Assembly (NCBI RefSeq): GCF_037042905.1
Contig: NC_087257.1
Coordinates: 18,476,001 to 18,540,000 of the forward strand
Reading direction: 5' to 3'
Origin: Lytechinus pictus
Lineage: Eukaryota
DNA: 64,000 bases
In this document: positions 23,913 through 47,305 of the stretch, one piece after another
Position numbering within the stretch: position 1 is the first letter of the stretch
How the letters are laid out: every line of letters starts with the position of its first letter
The notes under the pieces: generated by a model
Database searches by the model: none
What the model was told of the DNA's origin: nothing
Seen by the model: only the letters and a program-made list of their open reading frames with translations
Program-made: the position numbers and the translations under genes

Positions 23913-24985
23913 CTGCTCTCGTTTGTTGTATTTTTTTCTCTTAACTTTCTGATGTATAATCTATGTTCTAAGATATTAATGTAAATTATACATATTTTTG
24001 TGAGAACTTTTAATTTGCAAAGCCATATCAGGCTTTTCCAAAGGTTCTCCTTTTCCATTATTAATCTTTGTAAATGATGAACATTTTTTATGCATTATTG
24101 TTTCGATTTTAATATTTGTATATACATATGCATTGTTTGTAATAATTGTGTAAATATGTTTTTATGAGAATGGAATAAACGATCAATCAATCAATCAATT
24201 TGTTTTCAAAGCACACGGGTAGGTTGAGTAATTGAAAACATCATTTTCTGGCATCAATTTGTTATGATTATTATAATCAATTGTAATCTGCATGACACTG
24301 TCAGTCTTCAAGCATTGAAGCAGTAAGAAACACCTTTCAAACATTACACTAAGCGTGGGGTGGGGGGGGGTCATCTTTCCTAATAATGGTTTTAAATTAT
24401 TTTCTTTTTTTATGAAATGCCCCTTGGAATATGTAAAATGATAATTATGATATCAATAAAAACATTCAAAGGGCGCCCAGTTTTTACATTTGTTTTCAAA
24501 GCACGCGGGTAGGTTTAGTAATTGAAAACATTTCGTCATTATCATTATTGCTAAGCCCATGTCTTTTTTGTTTTTTTGAAAGCACGGTTTGATTGAAAAT
24601 GAAAAGAAAACAACACATCATCATGATCTGGCAACGATTTGTTATGATATAATTAAAATTATTTTCATTGACAGTTTCAAAGATAAGATCAGTCGTTTAG
24701 AATTATCATAAAAAAAGATTTGACTAGCCAACTGAGTTGTAGTAAAATGTTACTTATCTATAGATTGATGGACAGTATCTGATCAAAAAGTGATAATGAT
24801 TACATAATTTGTTTTGAAAAATGTTCCATTTCAATTTCGAGTGATTATGCTTTTCATATTTCTCTTCCAGGTTCAAAGCAGACTTGCTTAGAGTGGGCGC
24901 CATCATCGATGAAAGGAATGAAACGAGAGAGGAGAAATACACATACCTTAATCCCAAGGAGATCCCTAATGCAATCAGTATCTAA
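12238..24985 (+). CDS. Polyunsaturated fatty-acid lipoxygenase (PLAT/LH2 domain + LOX catalytic domain), 12 exons, 667 aa, complete
   Basis: Exons 12238-12738, 13564-13608, 14141-14266, 15017-15114, 15745-15877, 16494-16589, 17267-17481, 18027-18286, 18641-18717, 19135-19308, 20325-20488, 24871-24985 (2004 nt, phases consistent). PLAT motifs: VKTGDRKGAGTDANV, DDFERG, DDWY, FPVHRW. LOX motifs: WLMAKMW, HQSTTHLAYTHL..HP..LLAPH, YHYRDDA, GHAASNF, C-terminal PNAISI*. An in-frame TAA lies two codons upstream of the ATG. Confidence 0.96.
17039..17124 (+). repeat. (GAA)n(GGA)n microsatellite in LOX intron 6
   Basis: Direct reading. Confidence 0.9.
19421..20010. mobile_element. TTAA-flanked MITE family A (Kolobok/T2-like), copy 1, LOX intron 10
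   Basis: TTAAAGGACAAGTCCACCCC ... GGGGTGGACTTGACCTTTAA with about 140-bp inverted arms. Confidence 0.88.
20673..24198 (+). mobile_element. Non-LTR retrotransposon (LINE, L2/CR1 group), 5'-truncated with intact ORF2, inserted in LOX intron 11
   Basis: Boundaries come from the uninterrupted duplicate TACATTT|GTTTTCAAAGC near 24485-24502. The 3' end has AATAAA (24174-24179) then a (TCAA)4 tail. The junction has only a 3-4 nt (A)TTT overlap. No ORF1 is seen. Confidence 0.93.
20865..23858 (+). CDS. LINE ORF2: apurinic-like endonuclease + reverse transcriptase (997 aa from ATG 20865; frame open from 20745)
   Basis: Endonuclease motifs INARSL, ISETR, GGGVALFIK, IYRKP, GDFN, PTR, LIDNVF, TDHLP. RT motifs YRPISLL, QFGFR, DLSKAFD, GVPQGSILGPLLFLIYIND, YADD, FLG. 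No stops or frameshifts. Confidence 0.96.
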   Translation: MGNPLIDIDPDVCMYAPSDTCSCLTPSEFNSLFVNNVYNFSLIHINARSLSKNFENIGYLLDTLSVRFSIIAISETRISGKPVIPFQLQGYTFIHSDRVGLGSRGGGVALFIKDNIPFTVRKDTFDTYDNTTCEYLFVDLKVGPTVRYTTGVIYRKPNSNFDNFLSFYNDMLSKISHDNNDLLLTGDFNIDLSKTSNYDVNNNAANLFLNLNCSFGFRKLIDCPTRVTINTATLIDNVFINFNNSRCMSGTICTDVTDHLPVFALFNFVKSKKDNIKYFNSSNRKFTNENIRLLISDLYNVDWSFLYKKHDAQQMYDLFISLLTSLYNKRLPLVLGGMKSTNIRKPWITEDLLRCIKKKNRLYKKFLNNRSLVNERKFKKYRNKVNTFLRTAKKKYLYAQFGNLKNDIRGTWKTINKLLNKSKATLPLYFTKENGEMIDDEQNIANEFNSFFISCCNLNNMPQNIVNSHLRYLTKPNSSSLFFKPITESEIIQICRSLKNTRSCGYDNIGCNVLKKIIYAIVKPLTYIFNISLSTGTFPSKLKIAKIIPVFKKDDCHLFQNYRPISLLPCISKLLEKCVYNRVYDFLLKHKILSDCQFGFRRNHSTTHALIDLQDKLTMAIENNKFCIGIFMDLSKAFDIVDHSILLSKLLHYGIRGTPFNFFKSYLENRLQFTLFKNSSSDFGNISRGVPQGSILGPLLFLIYINDLTQSSHVFQYIMYADDTTLIYSQSGLENVEKKINKELNNVSKWFNANRLLLNLSKTNFCIFHNQNYRSIILDEISLSINSISISKSHVITFLGVLLDCNLRWDAHMDFITKKVSKSIGIMYKLKINVPLSILFTVYNSLILPYLSYCIGVWGNSAQGKLGILFKLQKKALRICTGSEYHAHSAPLFFRLKTLNIFDLFSYHIALLGFQYFQDLLPNNISSMFSINHQIHCHETRLRNLFHLWKIKTSLSKKSVRNTLPIIWNKIPLTMRIIKSNSTFKKWLKFHLYSQYE
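24286..24660 (+). repeat. Tandem duplicate of the LOX exon 11 3' end, its donor and the start of intron 11
   Basis: ATCTGCATGACACTGTCAGTCTTCAAGCATTGAAGCA|GTAAGAAACACCTTTCAAAC matches 20452 onward. The first copy is 20452-20672 plus 24199-24285, split by the LINE. Confidence 0.9.
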
Positions 24986-25874
24986 ACTAGACAGTTCATG
25001 ACAGAGGGTCCACTATTTTGTGTTTTGTCAAGTAGCATAATTATGATAAGCCAGTTCATGGTTAGCTCATGATCGACTTCCTTCAAATGACCTTTCCTGT
25101 TTTTCACTATGTCCCAGTAGAAAGTATTAAGACTTTCAAATGTAGATTTTGCACAAGCTTTCCATCATGTGGTATTCAAATTGTATGTATTTATTAATAT
25201 AGTGAAGGTAAAGTAAAACCTTTTTCAATTTTCTGAGAAAATGACATTTCATTGATTTTTCACCATACGATATGTAAGAAAGCTGCCTGCATATGATGTC
25301 ACAATTCAAATAATTAAAATTCTAAACAATTGAAAATCTAAAGAGGGTAGCCCAATCACTAGTTTTTACAATAAACTTTTTGTCAGGGTGAACTTCCCCT
25401 TCAATAATGACTTTCCCCACCAAAAGGAACTCATAATTTAATCAGGTTTTAAACGAATAAATTCATGTGCAAGTTTTATTTAGTTTTATGCAGGCACCAA
25501 TGTATTTGTTTTGTAATACCAATGAATTACCCCGAAGTGAACTATTAACTACAAAGATAGTTGACCCATTAACAAGACAAATAAAAAAACCAGCAATAAA
25601 TGTAAATGTGTTAAAAAGATATTTGACAAGATCTTTATGGATTTCTGGCTCGAATCCTAATTAACTTCTTCCTTTCATTGCAATTTCACAGTGTAAGTTT
25701 GGTTGATGCATCTTTATAAATATCTTTATTTTTTAATTTTCTAAACAGGGTAGCCCCATCACTTAGTAATACTGGTCACATTTCAGATAGCTGCATGTGC
25801 AGTATGTTGAGAATCTTCTTTATATTGCAAAATAGAAGAGAATACCATGGGACTAAATGAGAATAGTGTAACCT

Positions 25875-26130
25875 GGGCCCCGTCTTTCAAAGAGTTACGA
25901 TTGACCCAATCAATCTCAACTCTATGGAAATCCATCCATGCCATAATTTTTTCTACAGGAAATTAGTAAAAAAAAGAGAATCATACTGAATCTTCAAGAG
26001 AATGATGAATGTGTGAATAAACATATCTAGAAAATATTTTGAACAAATTTGCATTTTTAGATGTTGACGTTGCTGGCCGTCCATAGTTGTGATTGATCGA
26101 TCAATTGCAACTCTTTGTAAGATGGGGCCC
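25875..26130. mobile_element. MITE family C, copy 2
   Basis: GGGCCCCGTCTTTCAAAGAGTTACGAT ... TTGCAACTCTTTGTAAGATGGGGCCC. Confidence 0.8.
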
Positions 26131-26408
26131 TGATCAAATAATTTTCTTTTTTGCTTTAGATGTACATGGGCAAGGATTGTATTCAATGGCTTTCATGTAT
26201 GAAAATAATACAGTACATGTAGTATTCATTTTGTCTGTTTTGCAATGTGTTGAAATATTTTTATATGCAAATGAAAAGTCAAATAAACTTTCCTTACAGA
26301 AATACTAGTATAAGGACATGCATTATTTTTGTGTATGTTATGGCACGATCCATGCTTATGGCTGTTAGCATTACAGTTGTGTAACACAATTCTAATTGTG
26401 AAATTGCT

Positions 26409-26991
26409 TTAAAGGTCAAGTCCACCCCAGAAAAATGTTGATTTGAATAAATAGAGAAAAATCAAACTAGCATAACACTGAAAATTTCTTCAAAATCGGA
26501 CGTAAAATAAGAAAGTTATGACATTTCAAAGTTTTGCTTATTTTTACAAAACAGTGATATGCACAACTCAGTGACATGCAAATGAGACAGTCGATGATGT
26601 CCCTCACTCACTATTTTTGTTTTTATTGTTTAAATTATACAATATTTAATTTTTTTTACAGATTTGACGATACCAAGTTGACTAAACCATATAGTATTAA
26701 ACGATGCTAATTCCACAAGATTAGGGAAGAATTAATTGTTGTTTCACTTGACAATGAGAAAATTAAAATATGTCATAAAATAAAATACAAAAGAAACTGA
26801 CATCATCAGTCTCATCATTTGCATACCTACCAATGTGTGCATATAACTGTTCTGTGAAATTAAGCGAAACTTTAAAATTCATAACTTTCTTACTTTACAT
26901 CCGATTTTGATGAAATGTTCAGTGTTATGCTTGTTTGATTTTTGTCATTTTATTCAAATCAACTTCTTGTTGAGGTGGACTTGTCCTTTAA
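26409..26991. mobile_element. TTAA-flanked MITE family A, copy 2 (opposite orientation to copy 1)
   Basis: TTAAAGGTCAAGTCCACCCC ... GAGGTGGACTTGTCCTTTAA. The interior is the reverse complement of 19421-20010. Confidence 0.88.
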
Positions 26992-27231
26992 TAGATGATA
27001 GACAACATGGGAAAGAGACAACCGTCTCCATTGATAATAATACTAGCTGGATTTATGAAGTGCTTTTTGCCTGAGGATACAAAGCACTGCTATTATTACC
27101 CAGGCATTAGCTGCGCTGGCATTATAGGCGCTCACTCAATCATTCAAGAAATTTCTTCCTACCTGGAATATGACCATAAACAAGAATTTCTTGCATGCCC
27201 ATATTGAGGATGGTCACGGTACCATGTAAAT

Positions 27232-27893
27232 TACAGTCAAACCTGTCCAAGTGGCAACCTGTCGACAGTGAAAGCCCGTCTTTAATGGCCACCAAAATTG
27301 TCTCCCATTTGAAAGTAATGTGTTAAAGGAGAAGTACACCCTGAAGAAAAGTTTGTGGTAAAAAAAATATTGGTGAAGGTTTGAGGAAAATCCATTAAAG
27401 ATGAAGAAAGTTATTGGAATTTTAACTTGTGGATTTGTGACGTGATTAACGAGCAGTTGCCCCGTATGTTATGTAATATAAAATGCATGGATTTTATTAT
27501 TCTAATGGTTCCTAATGACTTATTTTTGTTTTCTTTTCATGATTGGATGTGAAATGATTTGTCTATTGATATACAAAAGAAACAGTAAAAACCATTTTCA
27601 ATTTTCTGAGAAAATGAAATTTCATTGATTTTTTACCATTCGCTATGTAGGAATGCTGCTCGCATATGACGTCACAAATCAAATAATTAAAATTCTAATA
27701 ACTTTTTAATTCTATGATGGATTTCTCTCAAACCTTCATCAATATTTTTCATTATTTTTTCTGCTATTTTTACAATAAACTTTTTGACAGGGGGATCTTC
27801 CCCTTTAAAGAACCTGTCTATAAAGGCCACTTGTCTAAAGTGGCCACCTTCTTCTGATTCCCTTGAGTGGCCAAAATAGACATGTTTGTCTGC
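27232..27893. mobile_element. Tc1/mariner-like MITE interrupted by a nested TTAA MITE (27323-27808)
   Basis: Outer TA-CAGTCAAACCTGTC ... GACATGTTTGTCTG. Inner TTAAAGGAGAAGTACACCCTG ... CAGGGGGATCTTCCCCTTTAA. Partial copies of the inner family lie at about 4809-5050 and 25200-25402. Confidence 0.75.
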
Positions 27894-30061
27894 ATGTGTA
27901 TAGAGATTGACAAATGATCAGTACTTATTCCAAAACAATGGCACACAATACGATCCATCCCCTTCCCCCCATCCCCTCCCTTACCTAAAAAATAGCAAAA
28001 TAATACTTTGAATTAGAGAAATTTATGAATTTAGGTGTGCATAAATCTGCCCTCTAAACTGTATTTTCAGTGATATAATCAGCAAGTAGAAGGAACTTTC
28101 TGGATTATGGTCACATCTTACAAAGAGTTGCGAGAGATACAAATGACACTTAAATTGTTTAATTGTGGTTGAACTGAAATTTCTATCTCTTTACTACACT
28201 AATTGAGATCAATCGCTATTCAAGTTTCATCAATCGCAACTCTCTGTGAGACAGGACCATGCAGAGCACGCACGGCATGTATTATCTATGTCCTCCAAGT
28301 CAAACTGCACCTGAATCTTATCAAATTTCTGTCAGGTTATCTGAACATATTCAACTTATTAAAGAGTCGGATTCACACATTCACAGTATAAAGCAAACCA
28401 TGAAAATGCATATAGGATGATTTCAAGGTCAGTGTTGATATTTTGGTGTTGGTATAAGTTCAAATTTTACATGAAGATGGTCCTGAAAAGTTACTCACTA
28501 GGTGTTGAGCTATCAATATTGTGATCAGGGTTATTTGGTGCAAACTCAAAATAGGTTTTGGAGTTAGGAAACACAATCCAAATTGTGCTTCCAACACCAA
28601 CAGTGGACTTGGTGTTAGTGTTGAAATTTGGATTGCTTCCCCTTGCTCCAAAACTTAGTCAGAGTTTGTAAAACTGATCCACATCACATTATTGACATCT
28701 CAACAGCTAGTGAGTGACTTTTCGAGACCATCTTCATTTTATGTTTGGTGTTATAATTGTGTAAAAATTGACCTAACACCAACACCAAAAGGTCAACACT
28801 GAACTTGAAATCACCCAATGTATCAATTGGACTAAAACAAGGTTTTACTGTGGGCACAAACTATACAATCTTCAAAATTTAGTGAGTTTACTTTCACTTT
28901 AATTTCATCTTGACACAGTATTTTACAAATAGACAATTGAAATATTCTTTGTGAAATATGAGATTTTATACATTTATCACAGCCTATGCGCCTGTCATGT
29001 AAAATTGTTGACGGACGGTAGTTACAATAATGGCACATTCACCATTGTTGTAGGTATTTATCAAATGGGCCCAAGATTACTTATTACTTAAAAAGTTTGC
29101 CAATGCTATGAGGTAAATTGCGATCCAAATTTGATTACTTCTTTATTTGAAAGTTTGTTATCATACACCATTATTAATTTTTGTAAATATTTCAAGAACT
29201 CAAAAAAGCACATGAATCAAAAAGTAAAAATTTATCATAAAAATTTAACAATGAATAAATAGTAAAACATGAACCAACGTCATGATCAACACTAAGTTCT
29301 GCTCTTCGGTAAATAGAGTAAGAAAGTAGGATTGACTTGGACTCCTGATAAAATATATCAATTGGACAAAAACAGGCCATAAATAAAAGAATCAGTAAGA
29401 ATAAACTTGCCCTGGGCAATATTTCAGCCCTAACATAAAATGTATGCAGAAAGGTAAATTGTTTTTAATCTGTTTTCCTGTCAATTCAATTAATCTGCAT
29501 AATTTTGTGAAAACAGGTCAAGTAGCAATGGCCCAATTCTTTCTTACACTGTAGGTTTTGAAATTAAAGTGTTAAAAAATAATGACAAAATAGTTGATTT
29601 CTTGAAGTATTTCTCTGGTTGTTGAATGAAGAAGAAGGAAAAAAAATATTTTCATTTTAATCATGTGAGTACTGACTTCTGTAATTTCCATATGTTATTT
29701 ACAGGGAGCGCCTAGTTCCAGCAGACAATGTGTGAATAGGAATACCTGAAAAAAATAGCATAGAATATCTGAAATCAGCAACACACGTTTGCTACCAAGG
29801 TCATGCTTCCATGGCTCTGTGGGCTCTAAGAAACCTCCGTGAGAATTTAGAGTCTTCATTCCCTAGTTGAGTTCTACAAATACTGCACACAAAGAATCTA
29901 TGAATCTGACTAAAAATCTTCAAGTCTGCTTTAGTCCACACATGTATGTTGACAGTTCATGGCAACTTGGAGAAGCAAAGATCCCTGCATTAGCCCAGTT
30001 TGATGTCATCTCTCATTGTCTTCCAAGTTCTTATATTAAGGCTTTGAAAGTTTTTTTTTGA

Positions 30062-30720
30062 AGGGCTTCCATATTTCTTCAGTCCCACCTGCATATTTTC
30101 ATGAAAGCTTACAAGTGACTGACATTAGCCTCACAAGGGTCACATCACACTACCATGATCAATTCAGTTACGATAGCAATGAGTCATGATGAGGTTCACT
30201 GACAGCTAATGATACGAAGATCATTTTACATCACTACCTGAGGCCAGACTGATGGTGCTTGATTTCAACTCTATCAGTTCTTCTTACATCATTTGATATG
30301 GGCTTCCACATTTCTTCAGTCCCATCTGCATATTTTCATGTGAGCTGATGTCTGATAGAAGCCTCAATCGTCTGGAGATTCTCTGAGCATTTGGCTTTTC
30401 ATACTTGTTGTAGACAGGTTCCAGACATTGTTTGTTGGCCTTGCTTAGTCTAGTCGTCACAGAGAAGCTTTTGGTATGTCCCACTGTCTCATAAGGGCTT
30501 CCAGAATTCTTCAGTCCCATCTGTATATTTTCATGTAAGCTTCTGACCAAACACAGCCTGGTATCAAAGAAAGACAACAATACCTTGTCCAGTTCTAACC
30601 TCAGCCTGGAGATTCCCCAAGCTTGTGCTCCTCGTATTTGTTGTAGAGAGGTTCAAGACGATGCTGATTCCCATTCTCAGGGCTTCTACATGTGTTCAGT
30701 CCCATCTGTATATTTTCATG
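30062..30720 (-). repeat. Degenerate tandem copies of the DHX8 C-terminal coding end and proximal 3' UTR
   Basis: A 42-nt motif (plus strand GGGCTTCCA..TTCAGTCCCA.CTG.ATATTTTCATG) occurs at about 30062, 30299, 30493 and 30679. Coding-end copies lie at about 30358-30457 (TRLSKANKQCLEPVYNKYEKPNAQRISR) and 30590-30666. Confidence 0.85.
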
Positions 30721-30775
30721 TCAGCCCATGACCGACAGAAGCCTCATCCCTAAGAAAGGCAACACACTACCCTGC

Positions 30776-45717
<14,942 letters not shown>

Positions 45718-45718
<1 letters not shown>

Positions 45719-45738
45719 CAATCTGTTCTAACTAACAT
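45718..45738 (-). promoter_or_regulatory. Candidate 6-codon uORF (MLVRTD*) whose TGA overlaps the DHX8 ATG (TGATG)
   Basis: Minus strand TTATTTTACAG|ATG TTA GTT AGA ACA GAT TGA TG AAA ATG G. Confidence 0.4.
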
Positions 45739-46281
45739 CTGTAAAATAATGATAAACTGACAATGGAAAAAAAATAGTTTAAGATTTTAAAATATTTTAA
45801 AGGATATTGGCTAGTTTTTTTAGATAATGACCGTCATCATCTCAGTCTGTGGGAAGGCTTCCGAAAAATACAAAAAGTCGAAAGTTTCGTCATTTGCATA
45901 TTCATTTATGAGATCTCGATCTTTTGGAATACTCATGAATATTCATGCGCCAACGTTACCGACGCATGCGTCCGTAACATTGGCGAAGAACAATGAATTC
46001 TTGTTTAAAAATGAAATCGATAGCGTAGAAATGTCAGAAATTAAGTTGTATCCCATTTACATGATTTAGGGCTAGATCTTTTAGAAGGAAAGTAGAAATC
46101 GGGGCGAAAGTTTCAGGATTTTTGGTGGTACACGGACTAGACCAAAAGCTTCGTTCTCCGTTTTATTGGTTGTTCAGCTGAACTCCGTTGGCTCCACTCA
46201 CCAATTACAGAGACCGAAGTTCTAACTCGATCTGTACAGGGACTCAATGGCCATATGTTTATGTATTAATTTCGGATAAAT

Positions 46282-46453
46282 CAGGTGGGTATTTCATAAA
46301 GCTGTTTGTAAGATACGAAAGACTTTACGCGCGACTGGTGATCCTTTCTTATGCCATGTGATATCTTTATGTAATAAATGACCTAAGAACATGTTCCAGT
46401 CGTGCGTAAAGTCATTCGTAACTTTACGAACAGCTTTATGAAACACCCACCTG
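46282..46453. mobile_element. MITE
   Basis: CAGGTGGGTATTTCATAAAGCTGTT ... AACAGCTTTATGAAACACCCACCTG. Confidence 0.8.
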
Positions 46454-46782
46454 GCCATGGGAGTTGCGCGACAGCCAAAATCACTGTTTTTTCCCGTTTT
46501 GGTGCATTTCAGGCCAAAAAGGAATAATAATCTTTATTTTGGCCCATTTCTTTTTATATATTTTTATGAAATAAAGAAAAAAAACCTATGAGCCCCGTCG
46601 GGGGGAGTTTGCATTGTTTACCCCCTAATGGCAGCTGCGCAATAGCGAGCCGTCTGTCTACAAGGAGAAATAAGACGTGTTTAAAAAGCTCCTCGAAACA
46701 GACGGCTGCCAGCTGTCTATATATGGACATGAATGGGATGGAATTCCTGGCTCCGTGGAGAGTAAGCGTACAGTAAGTTATT

Positions 46783-47305
46783 CCCGGGGGGAGGGGGGCA
46801 CTCAGTATATAATGCGATATGGGTATGTGCCGCGGAGGGACCCCCATTTTTACACTCAAATTTCCGTTCCAAGGCATAGCATTTTTATCTTATTGAGAAA
46901 AAGAGCATAGAAAGCCGCTCCAAAGCATAGTATTTTCTTCTTATCGAAAAAAAAGAAGAAATCAGCTCCAAAGCTTCGCATATTTTTCGTTACGCTGTTA
47001 CGGCCGCATTGATCCGCTACAATGAGCTGCAATTTTGGTGAAAAGCAGCCGCAGAGCGCTGTTCCATCGCCTCTAGCTCTGCGCGAGCCCCGTGCCGCGC
47101 CGCCGGGCTAGCTGCATGGACATATGCCCGTTCCATAGGGATGCATACGCACTCACATGCAGTTGACCCGTTCCAAGGATCCCCGTTTTCACAAACATTT
47201 GTAGTTCCGAAGCCCATTCCGAGGACAAGCCCGCTCCAGAGCCCCCGTTTTTTGTCTCGCCTGCTGCACATGCATACCTACCACTTTTAGGTCGAGTACC
47301 CCCCC
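46783..47305. mobile_element. Non-autonomous DNA element with G-run/C-run termini
   Basis: CCCGGGGGGAGGGGGGCACTC ... GAGTACCCCCCC. GC-rich interior with repeated CCGTTCC/CCGCTCC motifs. Confidence 0.6.
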
